Of a DNA stretch of 43,553 nucleotides, positions 34,816 through 43,553 are shown one piece after another (the first letter of the stretch is position 1; each line of letters starts with the position of its first letter). Both the position numbers and the translations under genes were made by a program. The stretch spans positions 1 to 43,553 of IMG/VR virus record IMGVR_UViG_3300037467_000390. One strand, 5' to 3'. The DNA comes from a virus. Taxonomy: Duplodnaviria > Caudoviricetes. The notes under the pieces are model-generated. The model did not search any database, was not told the origin of the DNA, and saw only the letters and a program-made list of their open reading frames with translations.

Positions 34816-34827
34816 AGTGTTTCAAGA

Positions 34828-36027
34828 TCAGGCGTTCGGCGGTGCGGCCACGAATGCGGTCACCATGCCCCAATCGACCAACTGGCCGACCGTGGCGGCG
34901 GCGCCAGCAGCAAGCGGGGCTTTGGCGATCTTGCCGACGCCATACTGCGCTTCGATGCCCATGCCAGTGATGAAGTCATAGTCTCCATCCTCCAACTGGG
35001 TCGGACGCGGCATCTGGCCCATGACGTAGGCCATTGCCGCCTGACCAAGCAGGAACACCGGCTCAACATCGACCGGACCTGCACCCGCGCCCTTCAAGAG
35101 CAGACGCTGCGTGATTTCCGGGACCTCGCGATAGAGAATGCCGTCTTTCAACAGAGCCCCACCGGTGAAGATCGGGTTCGTCTTCGTCGGGTTGTTCTCT
35201 CGCGAACGAGCGTCACGATTGGCCTCCTTCATGGCCGTATCGTTCTGCAAGTCGCGGAAGGCGCGAGAGCCGACGAGGCAGAGATAGTTTTCCTCGTCCA
35301 GTTCCGGCAGCATCCACGGCGTGATCTTCGGCCGGCCGTTGTAGACGCCGGGATTCGCGGGATCGACGCCGGTCTGCTGCGCCAGGTCCTTCATCAGTTC
35401 ACCGACGACGCTGGTGAACTTGTCGGCGGTACCGTCCACGTTGCCGATGGCGGTGGCGAAGGTCGTGGAGTAGTTGCCGACAGCCGCGCCAAACAGCACG
35501 CGGTCATAGTTGGCCTGAATCCAGCTATCCTTGTTGCCGGACGTGGCGTCCTTCCAGCGGATGCCGTTCACGCGATTGCCCGGCGCACTGAGCCGCCCCG
35601 CCTGAATGGTCGCGGTCGGGATCGACAGCAGCGAGTCCACCAAATCGTCACGAACGATGCGCTTGGACCAGTTGCGGAGCGCCTGCCGCGCCGTGGAGCG
35701 AACCGAGAAACTCGATTCCTTGTTTGCCGCGCGGTTGTTGGCGACAGCGTTACGAGCCCAATCCGCCCACAGCGGCATGCCATAGGTGTCAAGCTGCTCT
35801 TCGTTGCCACGCAGCGTTCCGGCGCCGACGCCATCACCGATCATCTGGTTGACGAGCGGAACACGGATTTCCTTGCCGTCTGCCGCCAGATCGTTCATGC
35901 GAACGATGGGCGAAGACGACGTGGAGCCCATATAAGGGTCCAGACGATTAGCCCGCAGGAAGTCAAACGTAACGTCCCGGCGGAACTTGATGAGTTCGTT
36001 ATTCGGATGGTTCGAGGTAAGAGCCAT
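34828..36027 (-). CDS. Major capsid protein (DUF4043/N4-gp56-like)
   Basis: YMG...PIV, GDGV-G...LRGNEEQL, NPIFTG-L..DG, LGQAA; 399 aa between scaffold and terminator. Confidence 0.88.
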   Translation of the reverse strand: MALTSNHPNNELIKFRRDVTFDFLRANRLDPYMGSTSSSPIVRMNDLAADGKEIRVPLVNQMIGDGVGAGTLRGNEEQLDTYGMPLWADWARNAVANNRAANKESSFSVRSTARQALRNWSKRIVRDDLVDSLLSIPTATIQAGRLSAPGNRVNGIRWKDATSGNKDSWIQANYDRVLFGAAVGNYSTTFATAIGNVDGTADKFTSVVGELMKDLAQQTGVDPANPGVYNGRPKITPWMLPELDEENYLCLVGSRAFRDLQNDTAMKEANRDARSRENNPTKTNPIFTGGALLKDGILYREVPEITQRLLLKGAGAGPVDVEPVFLLGQAAMAYVMGQMPRPTQLEDGDYDFITGMGIEAQYGVGKIAKAPLAAGAAATVGQLVDWGMVTAFVAAPPNA

Positions 36028-36054
36028 CGTAATATCCCTTCAATGTGACGCGGG

Positions 36055-36921
36055 CTAGCGCCGCGCGTTCGTCACTTCTTCGAAGAGATCGGAATCGGAC
36101 ACGTCACCGCTTGCTGCGGTGCTGCTGGTGGCCGAACCGACCTTGTTCAATGAGGGAGGAAGCTTGACGACGTTCGGGGCTGCACCTTGCGCGCCGCGAA
36201 CTTGCTGTTGAGCTTGGCCGAGCAACTTGGCTTGGAACGTTGGGTCTTTTGCCAAGCGCTCTTCAAGCTGCTTGTTGAACCACGCTTCCGGGTCAGCGCC
36301 GATCTGCTGATAGATGGATTTCTGCTGATGCCACCGCACGATGTCACCGAATGGGTCCATCGATTGCATGGCGCGCTGATACGTGGCGAACACTTCCGGG
36401 TCGCGAGACTGCATCCCATCGGCAATCGCCTTGTACGCCGCGTCCACCTTTTCCTGACCAAATTCGCGGACGGCCTCGCGGCGCGAATAGAACTCGCGCA
36501 ACTGGACCATTTCGGATTTGATCGGGTTGACCGCCTGCGAAACACCATGTTCAAGGAACCGGTTCGGATCCTCGAACACATCAGGAGCCGGCGCGGCTTC
36601 CTGTTTCGGCAAGCGGCCTTGCAGTTCGGCAATCTGGCGCATCAAGCGCTGTTCGGTTTCCTGAGAACGGCGCAAGGCCGCGTCTCGCTCTTCCCGAAGT
36701 TCGCGCATGCGCCATGACGGGACCTGAGCGTCGTCGCCGTGGTCAGCCGCTTGTGCGGTCTGTTCGGCCTGCTCCTGAGCCTGTTCGGTCTGCGCTGCAA
36801 ACCGCCCTTGCTCATCGCGGGCCTGCTCCGTGGCTTCCGTTGCGGTTTGGGCCTGAGCCTGATCCGCGCCTTCCACCTGCTCATGACTCGTCACGCTGTC
36901 AAACAGCTCTTCGTCGTTCAT
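36055..36921 (-). CDS. Scaffolding protein
   Basis: Acidic N-terminus, RDEQGRF, VPSWRMREL-EER coiled coil, LPPSL C-terminus; between portal and capsid. Confidence 0.85.
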   Translation of the reverse strand: MNDEELFDSVTSHEQVEGADQAQAQTATEATEQARDEQGRFAAQTEQAQEQAEQTAQAADHGDDAQVPSWRMRELREERDAALRRSQETEQRLMRQIAELQGRLPKQEAAPAPDVFEDPNRFLEHGVSQAVNPIKSEMVQLREFYSRREAVREFGQEKVDAAYKAIADGMQSRDPEVFATYQRAMQSMDPFGDIVRWHQQKSIYQQIGADPEAWFNKQLEERLAKDPTFQAKLLGQAQQQVRGAQGAAPNVVKLPPSLNKVGSATSSTAASGDVSDSDLFEEVTNARR

Positions 36922-36934
36922 GCTTTCCTCTAAT

Positions 36935-36999
36935 CGCCGTTTCGTGGCGGAACGTGTGCCGGCATCTCGCTGCGGGCGTGCGTGTGCGCCGTCTCGTGG
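36935..36999 (-). promoter_or_regulatory. Three small CGA(G/A)A-loop hairpins in the scaffold gene leader
   Basis: CCACGAGACGG, GCAGCGAGATGC and CGCCACGAAACGGCG, with GCACACG after the first two. Confidence 0.5.
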
Positions 37000-37004
37000 T
37001 TCGC

Positions 37005-38969
37005 CTACGATTCCATCGGGGCAGCCGCTCGCAATTCGCGGTCCGCCTGCCTGTCGGCCGCTTCCTGCGCCATCTTGAACGGCGCTAGAGCAGCTTCCTG
37101 ATTTGCCTTGTTCGCAGCCGCGCGGCTCTGTTCTGCGCGCGCGTTCTGTGCGTTGATGTCGGCCGCAACCTTCGCATCCTGCAACATCGGGTGCGGCTCA
37201 TAAGACTGTTGCTGCGGCGCGGTCTGTTCAGGCGTCATGGCTTCCTGAGCCTTTGCCATGTTCAGCGCGGTCTTGGACTTGGTTTCGTCTACCTTCGCCG
37301 CCTCACCCGCCAAGGCGATCTGCTTTGCTTGCTGCTGCGCTGGGTCAGGCTGGTTCAGCATATCCAGCAACTTTTTCTTGACGCTGAATTGCAGCGGGGC
37401 GAGTTCGAGCAACACGGCAGGCGGAATATTAGCCCCCTTCGATGCCATGACCGTGAGCGTGTCGTAGGCGTCGGCCTGCATGTTCACGCTGTCCGCGCCC
37501 TCGTCGATGACGATATCCACATCAAGCGTGCCAAGCGAATTGATCAGCGTCGGCATCCCGGTCATCGGGTCCGTGCCAACTCCATTAACCTGAACCATCT
37601 GCATCAAGTTTTCATCGTCGGTCACTCGGATCCAACGCTCGGCCTGCCAGTGCTGCCGCACGGCGTTCCAGATCGTTCGGTAAAGCCGCAGCTTCCATCC
37701 CTTGTAGCCAAGGATATACGGCCCAAGCTCGGCCATCCCGGCTTGCTGCAATAGCTGGATCGCACGACCCGACTGGTTCGAGAGATCGCCAATGAGAGCT
37801 TGGTTTGGGCCGTAGTTCTCAAGCTCCGAGATGGCGTTTTCCATCAACTTAAGCTGGCCAGCAAAGTCGAACGACTGGTCATCGGCTTTAACGCCCGTGG
37901 TCACGTCCGTCGTATTCAGAACCACCACACCATCGGGCCGCGCCCATTCACGCCGCGCCGTTTCCACTTCTTGAACGGCACCTTGCGCCATGATCAACCG
38001 GCGTGACTGCAATGAAAACAGCGCGCGCGACCGGCGCGAGTTATATTCGTCCTGCGCGGACTTCATGTTGCGGACGAACCCGTAACGGTCGCCGTCGTGG
38101 TCCACGTTGCCGGAGAACATGACGAACTTGCACTCGTCCTGGTTCTTCTCGTTCTTGAGGTATGAATCTCCCTCCATCAGGATCGCGGAGCCGGTGAAGA
38201 TCGCCCAGCACCAACCGCCCTTGTGTCGATACCAGATATCTACCAGCCGAATGAGCCGCTTGGTTCCGCTGCTCATGAACCATTTATTGTCCCGGTCAGG
38301 GTTCGATGTCAGATCGGTCGCATTCTCCTGCGCGTTCTGTAGTTCATCCTCCTTATCGGGGAACATCTCGATTGCGGTTTCGAGGTCAACCCATTTGCCA
38401 ACGCCCATATACATCGCGTCGGAAAAGTCACCACGATAAGAACGCGGATCGTAGAAGAACGAATCCGGCTCTACAATCTCGAACGAAACCTCGGCGTCTC
38501 CCTGATCGCCTTGGGTAATCTCGATTTCAACGCCGCCGATACCATCGATTGCGCCATCACGCGCCACCTCTGGCGATTTGGCTTTCCACTCCTGCTCATC
38601 CAGCACGTACCGTAGCGCGGCGGTCGCCAATTCGGCGCCCTGCTCATGCTGCGGCGTGCGAGGATATGCCTTCGGGTCTTGCCGCAACCGTTCGATAAGC
38701 CCGACAACGCCATCGATCTTACGGCCGATCCGATTAAACGTGACAACAGGCTGCCTGCGCTTGTTGAAAACCTCTATCTGCTTCCGCGTCCACTGGTCCG
38801 AGTGGTAATAGCGCCGCGCGTTTTTCTGCTCTTCGATCTCGGACGTTTTCGAAGTCAGATAATCGTCATAAGCCCGGCGGCAGCGGGCCACGCTCCAATA
38901 GTCCTTTTCAGGCGCACCGGTAGCGCGGGTCGCCAACGCGCCCTGTGTTTCGATACCGGTTTGCTGCAT
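37005..38969 (-). CDS. Portal protein (P22-like, long C-terminal barrel)
   Basis: YYHSDQW...RRQPVVTFNRI, FFYDP-S...DFSDA-Y, YGFVRNMKSAQDEYNSRRS, SGRAI. Confidence 0.93.
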   Translation of the reverse strand: MQQTGIETQGALATRATGAPEKDYWSVARCRRAYDDYLTSKTSEIEEQKNARRYYHSDQWTRKQIEVFNKRRQPVVTFNRIGRKIDGVVGLIERLRQDPKAYPRTPQHEQGAELATAALRYVLDEQEWKAKSPEVARDGAIDGIGGVEIEITQGDQGDAEVSFEIVEPDSFFYDPRSYRGDFSDAMYMGVGKWVDLETAIEMFPDKEDELQNAQENATDLTSNPDRDNKWFMSSGTKRLIRLVDIWYRHKGGWCWAIFTGSAILMEGDSYLKNEKNQDECKFVMFSGNVDHDGDRYGFVRNMKSAQDEYNSRRSRALFSLQSRRLIMAQGAVQEVETARREWARPDGVVVLNTTDVTTGVKADDQSFDFAGQLKLMENAISELENYGPNQALIGDLSNQSGRAIQLLQQAGMAELGPYILGYKGWKLRLYRTIWNAVRQHWQAERWIRVTDDENLMQMVQVNGVGTDPMTGMPTLINSLGTLDVDIVIDEGADSVNMQADAYDTLTVMASKGANIPPAVLLELAPLQFSVKKKLLDMLNQPDPAQQQAKQIALAGEAAKVDETKSKTALNMAKAQEAMTPEQTAPQQQSYEPHPMLQDAKVAADINAQNARAEQSRAAANKANQEAALAPFKMAQEAADRQADRELRAAAPMES

Positions 38970-40496
38970 CTAGAATGTCTGCCAGTCTGCTGCCGGGACC
39001 GCTATGGCTGATCGATAACCGCTGATGTTTTTGACCTGCGGATTCGTATTCGCCGCCTTCACCCACGGACGCGACATGCAACCATAACGCCAATCGTCTG
39101 CGGCGTGATCTTCCATGTCGCTGTCCAAATCTTCCGGCCTATCAGGATCGTGCTGCAACGCGGGGATCGTCCGAATGCTGTCCGTGCATGTCGAGAAACA
39201 GGCAACCATCGGCAACCCGTCATCATCACCGACGAAGCGCGCTCGCATCTGATCCCAGCCGCCGAGCGCCCCCTTGCCCGGCACGCGCTTGTTGTCCGCC
39301 GGTCGAAAGACGACGTTGAAACCGCCCTTACCGTTCGAGCCCGAACCCCTCATCATCCGTTCATGAATCGAAGGGCCGCCGTCTTCGCTGAACGCCGCCG
39401 GATCCAGAACGCCGTAGCTGATAACGTCGCCCTTCTCGCGGCTCGCGAGCCCGGCGCCGACTAACTCGGCGTGCATCTTCAAGCCCGTATTCGGCTTACC
39501 GACCTGACAGCCATACCATTCGCGATAACGAACCAGGCAGCCGCGTGGCAGCCAAGCGCCAGATGGAAGCTTGAACTTATCGCCGACAACAGCCCACCAA
39601 CCGAACGAGAACGGCTTGGCCGATCCCCAGTCACCCGACCTGAACCGCAGCCAATCGCGCGGCACTTCGAACGGCGTAACGACATGGCGTTTAGCATCCC
39701 AGCAATCGAAGAACGCGCCCTCGATAACGTCCCAGTCGCCCCAGCGCATGGCTTGTACCAGCGCCGCCGACCCAAGACCCTCAAGGCGAAGCTCATAACC
39801 CGGATCGTCCTCGCCCATGCTTGGGTTATCTTCAAGGCGTGCCGGAATGTACTGTCGCAACATGCCGCCTTCATTGGCCGGCATCCGCCGCAACTCCATC
39901 GGCTGGCCCGACGTTACGAATGTCGTCTTGACCCACAGATGCCCGATGTTGCCGGGGTTTGCGCCGCACAGAATGCGCGGGAACATGCCGGCATAGCTAT
40001 CAGGAACTGTGATGCCAACCATGCGAACGCGATTACGGAGAAACCGGTACATGCTCTCCGTGAAGTGCGTCAGCTCATCGACAATAAGGACGTGGATTTC
40101 AGCGCCCTGATATTTGTAGATGTCCTTCTCGTCCTTGCAGTGGCAGAGATAGATCTTCGATCCGTTCCAGAACCGAATCTCATCTTCAACAATCGTGCAC
40201 CAGCCCTGAGCAACCCATCCCGCCAGCATGGCGCGGAAGCCCTTCGGGCCTTCCATGTGGTTCTTGTTCAGATCGTCCCGGATGCGTCGGAACAAATAGA
40301 CCTGTAGCCCAGGTATCGCCGTACACCAGACAATGGCCGCAATTCGCATTAGATGCGATTTGCCGCCTCCCGCAGCGCCGCCGTACAGAACCTCCGTCGC
40401 GGCGGTTTCAAACGCCGCCCATTGCCTAGGATGAAGATGAAGGTTCAGGGCGTCCGGTGAGGTTGATGATCGGTACGAGCGGAGCGCCGTCTGCAC
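38970..40496 (-). CDS. terL: Terminase large subunit
   Basis: EVLYGGAAGGGKS Walker A, LIVDELTHF Walker B, GANPG, nuclease DWG and EDHAADDWRY; AGGAGG RBS. Confidence 0.95.
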   Translation of the reverse strand: MQTALRSYRSSTSPDALNLHLHPRQWAAFETAATEVLYGGAAGGGKSHLMRIAAIVWCTAIPGLQVYLFRRIRDDLNKNHMEGPKGFRAMLAGWVAQGWCTIVEDEIRFWNGSKIYLCHCKDEKDIYKYQGAEIHVLIVDELTHFTESMYRFLRNRVRMVGITVPDSYAGMFPRILCGANPGNIGHLWVKTTFVTSGQPMELRRMPANEGGMLRQYIPARLEDNPSMGEDDPGYELRLEGLGSAALVQAMRWGDWDVIEGAFFDCWDAKRHVVTPFEVPRDWLRFRSGDWGSAKPFSFGWWAVVGDKFKLPSGAWLPRGCLVRYREWYGCQVGKPNTGLKMHAELVGAGLASREKGDVISYGVLDPAAFSEDGGPSIHERMMRGSGSNGKGGFNVVFRPADNKRVPGKGALGGWDQMRARFVGDDDGLPMVACFSTCTDSIRTIPALQHDPDRPEDLDSDMEDHAADDWRYGCMSRPWVKAANTNPQVKNISGYRSAIAVPAADWQTF

Positions 40497-40902
40497 CTGT
40501 CACCTCCTGAGTAATCTTGTCGCCATACTTTTTCGGCGCCATGCGAGCCATAAGCCACTTGCGAGTATCAACACGCAGGCGAGATCGAGCCAGAACCTCC
40601 TTGTTCTCGACTTCCTCGGTCGAGCCATCGGTACGCTGGCGCTCCATCCAGTCATTCGTGCCGTCGTCGGAAATCTCAATGATTTCCTCGGCGTAGTAAT
40701 CAGCCTGAGCTTCGCGCGCGCTCGCGTACTGGTCGCGGAATTCAGCGTGAGAAGCCAACCAACGCATCACCGTTGATTTGTCCGGCATATTCTCGTCACG
40801 GCATATTTCGCGGAGGCTTTCACCCAAGCCAAGACGAATGCAGATCGCGGCGGTTATCTCAACATTGTAATCGGACGGGCGACCTGCAGGCACTACGCGC
40901 AA
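40426..40902 (-). CDS. terS: Terminase small subunit (Sf6/P22-like)
   Basis: GRPSDY...ICIRL--GESLREIC...RLRVDTRKWLMARMAPKKYGDK. Confidence 0.92.
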   Translation of the reverse strand: MRVVPAGRPSDYNVEITAAICIRLGLGESLREICRDENMPDKSTVMRWLASHAEFRDQYASAREAQADYYAEEIIEISDDGTNDWMERQRTDGSTEEVENKEVLARSRLRVDTRKWLMARMAPKKYGDKITQEVTGADGAPLVPIINLTGRPEPSSSS

Positions 40903-41084
40903 TCCCCATCTTCCGGCGCCTGATAAATCGGCTGCGCTTCATCCTCGCCCAATGGGATCGTGAGGATAATACCGTTGGGCTTGCGAAGCTCAGCCAACTC
41001 GTATTCGGACAGCTTGACGCCCCTCAGCATAAACATCTGCGGAGGCTGAACGGCAAACATTCCCCAATGCGAAATGCTAATCAT
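40893..41084 (-). CDS. Hypothetical protein
   Basis: Coupled small ORF upstream of terS. Confidence 0.5.
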   Translation of the reverse strand: MISISHWGMFAVQPPQMFMLRGVKLSEYELAELRKPNGIILTIPLGEDEAQPIYQAPEDGDCA

Positions 41085-41296
41085 GCTGGGTCATCCAATG
41101 GCGCGCTGTATTCACTAGGCGCGGTGTCGGACACTTCGAATATCGGCGTATTGTCGTAGGTGCCGCGAAACGACCCGGCAGGCTTCCCACAAAGACGCTC
41201 GTAGTATTCCGACTCTGCGCCTTTCAACCCGGCGCTAGCCTCGGGGATAAACCCTGTCAGGCACTTGGTGCGGAACGGGAGGATGTCGGCGGTCAA
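41081..41296 (-). CDS. Hypothetical protein
   Basis: TTG start overlapping the DksA-like stop; TADILPF...DTAPSEY. Confidence 0.55.
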   Translation of the reverse strand: MTADILPFRTKCLTGFIPEASAGLKGAESEYYERLCGKPAGSFRGTYDNTPIFEVSDTAPSEYSAPLDDPA

Positions 41297-41523
41297 CGGA
41301 TAATCTCCACAGCCTGCCAATGACGGACTGACGCCATTTGCCGCTTGAATCTGATCTCTTGATCGCGGGCGCATGAAATGCAGCGAGTTACAGCCAGACC
41401 GTCGTTGAAGGCTTGCAAACGCGCCGCCTCGATTGGCTCTTCACAGTCTTTGCAGAGTTTGGGCTTCGGAATTGCCTTCCCGCTCTTAACGCGACCGTGG
41501 AAGAGTTTGACCACATCACCCAT
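41293..41523 (-). CDS. TraR/DksA C4-type zinc finger protein
   Basis: CKDCEEPIEAARLQA...RCISCA; GAGG RBS. Confidence 0.85.
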   Translation of the reverse strand: MGDVVKLFHGRVKSGKAIPKPKLCKDCEEPIEAARLQAFNDGLAVTRCISCARDQEIRFKRQMASVRHWQAVEIIR

Positions 41524-41540
41524 GCGGACACCTCTGAATC

Positions 41541-41573
41541 AAAAACGCCCAGAAGCTAAAAGCCTCCGGGCGC
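41541..41573 (-). terminator. Intrinsic terminator at the head of the late operon
   Basis: CGCCCGGAGGC-TTTTA-GCTTCTGGGCG-TTTTT. Confidence 0.8.
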
Positions 41574-41581
41574 TGAGCAAA

Positions 41582-42316
41582 TCACTTGCCAGTAACCGAA
41601 GATTGAATCATCAACGGTCCCCTGTCAAGGCCCCGCTTTTGCGTCTCGATGATATCCCCAAATCGGCCGACTGATAACTCCGTCGCTGGCCCGGTCCACC
41701 CTTCCGACGAAGCGCGTATATCGTCCTCGACTTCGACTAGGACGCCGTTCCGTCGATATGTCTTGGGCTGGTTCGGAACGATGGGTGCGCTTTCGAGTTT
41801 CCAGAGCCGCACAAGATCATCCAGCGCTTCGACCATGCGGCCCGACACGTACCCTTCCGCTCGCTTGCCGCTCAGTCCACCGCCTGTCTGCGACCAATCG
41901 CTTGCGACGTCCTCGACGCGTCGGCCCTCACCAACCAGCGAAACCAGTAGCCGCGATCCGACCGGCCCGAGTTCTCGCATCACCCGAGACAATTCCAGCG
42001 ATGCCCGGATTAGATCATCCGATATAGGATCGCCGGCCCCGCCGCCGTCTACAGGCTCTTTGGTCGTGTCCATGGCTTGATTGCGTCCGACCGACGCCAT
42101 CTCCCACAGTTTGCGGAAACGGTCCCCAGCCTGCTTCTGCGAGGCGTCTATGCGTCCTCGGCTGTGCATGTGATCGATCGACGATTCCCGCACGTTGACC
42201 TTGGCGACGTAGCGCTGCCCGGCCTCAAGTGGATCATCAACCATGCGCTCGCCATGCTCGACACGTCCCTCTGCGCCGAAGGACAGGTAAGGAACGCGCT
42301 TCTTTGACTTTGCCAT
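41582..42316 (-). CDS. DUF6456-like late-gene regulator (Q/GafA-like position)
   Basis: ESSIDHMHSRGRIDASQKQAGDRFRKLWE...VDGGG...EALDDL; last gene before the late promoter/terminator. Confidence 0.7.
   Translation of the reverse strand: MAKSKKRVPYLSFGAEGRVEHGERMVDDPLEAGQRYVAKVNVRESSIDHMHSRGRIDASQKQAGDRFRKLWEMASVGRNQAMDTTKEPVDGGGAGDPISDDLIRASLELSRVMRELGPVGSRLLVSLVGEGRRVEDVASDWSQTGGGLSGKRAEGYVSGRMVEALDDLVRLWKLESAPIVPNQPKTYRRNGVLVEVEDDIRASSEGWTGPATELSVGRFGDIIETQKRGLDRGPLMIQSSVTGK
41600..41628 (-). promoter_or_regulatory. Candidate late promoter TTGACA-N17-CAATCT
   Basis: Perfect -35 (41628-41623) inside the 3' end of the DUF6456-like gene, just upstream of the terminator. Confidence 0.6.
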
Positions 42317-42409
42317 ATCTCGTCGCCCCTCGTCTCAGTCCAATCAAAATCCAAACCGCTCTACGCCCCACAAAGATCAACTCCCGCGACCAGCGGATGC
42401 CGGGTGCGG

Positions 42410-43063
42410 TCATGCGTAGATGTCCTCTACCGGGTCATCCAGCCCGGCCTTGGTGTCGTGGATAGCGTCCAGCGGATCGTCCACGCTCCGGCGCACGGCG
42501 GTGATTGTCGCGCCCGGCATCGCGTTCTTGACCTTCGCCAGATCGGGATACGCGGCGAGGATGCGCCCGATCTCGTCGAGCGTGTAGACCGTGACCTTCC
42601 GTCCTTCCGCGATGATGTGACGCGCGCTGGCGTCATCAGGCACGATAGCGATGACGTAGGCCGCGCGCTCCGGCGCGTCCGACATTCCCGGATCAGTGAC
42701 GGCCACCTCCCACACCTGCGGGTGCAACGGCTGCTTGCCTGCGGCGCTCGCCGCCTTGTCGAGCGCCACCCATGCCGTCGTCATCCGGTTTGCCTCGCGG
42801 CGGACCTGTTCAAGATCGCCGTGCCAGACAGCCTGGTTGAGCAGATAGCGTTGGCGGTCGAACTTCTCGCGAAGCTCGGGGCTCACCAGAAGCCGCAATC
42901 GATCGGCGCCCCACTTCGCCTCCATCTCGGCCGCTGTCTCGTCGGCGCCGTCGAGGTAGGCCCGACCCGAAATGTACGTGCCATTCGAACGTGCCCATGA
43001 CCGTTCGTCGGACAAGGGGCGGACGGTCGTGTCGCCGGCGATGATGTCCTTCGGTTTTGCCAT
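42410..43063 (-). CDS. Conserved-looking hypothetical protein downstream of the replication module
   Basis: MAKPKD...EMEAKWGADRLRLLVSPELREKF...; 217 aa. Confidence 0.75.
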   Translation of the reverse strand: MAKPKDIIAGDTTVRPLSDERSWARSNGTYISGRAYLDGADETAAEMEAKWGADRLRLLVSPELREKFDRQRYLLNQAVWHGDLEQVRREANRMTTAWVALDKAASAAGKQPLHPQVWEVAVTDPGMSDAPERAAYVIAIVPDDASARHIIAEGRKVTVYTLDEIGRILAAYPDLAKVKNAMPGATITAVRRSVDDPLDAIHDTKAGLDDPVEDIYA

Positions 43064-43065
43064 GC

Positions 43066-43218
43066 CTATCGCCTTTCGAGCCAATGCCATTCGTAGGCTT
43101 GGTGGGTTTCGCACCAGACGAGTGAAAGCTGTTCGTCTCCACTGATCTCATCGAGATCGTCGATATCGCTGGGGTCGAGGCGATGTTCGCCTTTAACGAT
43201 CAGGCCATCATCGGACAT
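43066..43218 (-). CDS. Small acidic protein (50 aa)
   Basis: Hand-translated MSDDGLIVKGEHRLDP...WCETHQAYEWHWLERR; AAGGAG RBS. Confidence 0.6.
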   Translation of the reverse strand: MSDDGLIVKGEHRLDPSDIDDLDEISGDEQLSLVWCETHQAYEWHWLERR

Positions 43219-43259
43219 CGGCTACTCCTTCGAAGCAGCAGCCGCGCCAAGCGGCGCTG

Positions 43260-43401
43260 CTACTACGTAGTAGTAGGGGTGACTTCCGCGACTTCCGCAT
43301 AATGTTTTCAATCACTTACTTACCCCTTCTCCGCAACTTCCGCAGACTTTCGCATTAGCAATTTCAATGACTTAGCAGGTGCTTCTCCGCAACTTCCGCA
43401 G
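43260..43401. other. Candidate replication origin
   Basis: Palindrome CTACTACGTAGTAG (43260-43273), several ACTTCCGC repeats, and a 56-bp-periodic pair of TTTCAAT(C/G)ACTTA plus CTTCTCCGCAACTTCCGCAG; non-coding and directly after the helicase. Confidence 0.65.
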
Positions 43402-43407
43402 CACATT

Positions 43408-43553
43408 TCAGATCACTCCAATGACTTTGAGCCCGCGAATTTTGGCGTGCGGATCACGCATTTCGACCGTCAGAACATCATTCATCAGCCACGTCTCGAT
43501 CATGCTTTCCGCAAGCTGCGGAGCGATCTGGAACGACGTATTCATGATCTTCG
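43408..43553 (-). CDS. 3' end of the primase-helicase (continuation of 1..2189)
   Basis: Same frame across the junction; TGA at 43410-43408. Confidence 0.88.
   Translation of the reverse strand, partial: KIMNTSFQIAPQLAESMIETWLMNDVLTVEMRDPHAKIRGLKVIGVI
43427..43553. repeat. Terminal direct repeat (copy 2), circular assembly overlap
   Basis: Identical to 1..127. Confidence 0.95.

Noticed and set aside
34780-36048. 422-aa plus-strand ORF (likewise 204..860, 1698..2231, 8156..9091, 39471..40307)
   Set aside because: Antisense shadows of well-supported genes in high-GC DNA, with no recognisable motifs.
43280-43401. Mini CRISPR array
   Set aside because: Only two 20-bp copies, the intervening sequence is itself partly repeated, and no cas genes are present. 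Fits an origin better.
43427-43553. 127-bp terminal repeat as a biological direct terminal repeat
   Set aside because: The length equals a common assembler k-mer and the repeat falls in the middle of the helicase gene, so it is best explained as circular overlap.

Overview
The window is a complete, circularly assembled temperate dsDNA phage genome of about 43,426 bp. The last 127 bp duplicate the first 127 bp, which looks like a k-mer overlap. The gene content points to a P22-like podovirus of an alphaproteobacterium, probably Bradyrhizobiaceae/Rhizobiales (host is an inference). The leftward arm runs from cro through a CII-like HTH, an orphan OmpR/CtrA-type winged helix, a DUF5664 dNTP diphosphohydrolase, RuvC, a PD-(D/E)XK nuclease, an SSB-like protein and an AEP primase-AAA helicase fusion. 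That fusion spans the contig junction and is absent from the ORF track. The arm continues through a candidate origin, a DUF6456-type late regulator with a promoter/terminator pair, a DksA/TraR finger, terminase, portal, scaffold, capsid, P22 gp4/gp10-like tail proteins, three ejection proteins, tail fibre, a beta-helix tailspike and the lysis genes. The rightward arm holds the cI repressor, a long mosaic early operon (adenine MTase, Lar-like, DUF551-like and many small ORFs), xis-int, an intact attP resembling a tRNA 3' end, and more accessory genes including a SLOG protein. The most unusual observations are: (1) an exported D-glucuronyl C5-epimerase moron convergent with the tailspike, a candidate receptor-remodelling superinfection-exclusion system; (2) a 168-bp tRNA-like cloverleaf sitting in frame inside a patchwork ORF; (3) a gene inserted into the start of the gp10-like tail gene whose N-terminus mimics that of an ejection protein, a candidate injected effector; (4) repeats precisely at gene junctions in the early operon. 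All family calls come from motif recognition by eye; no searches were run.
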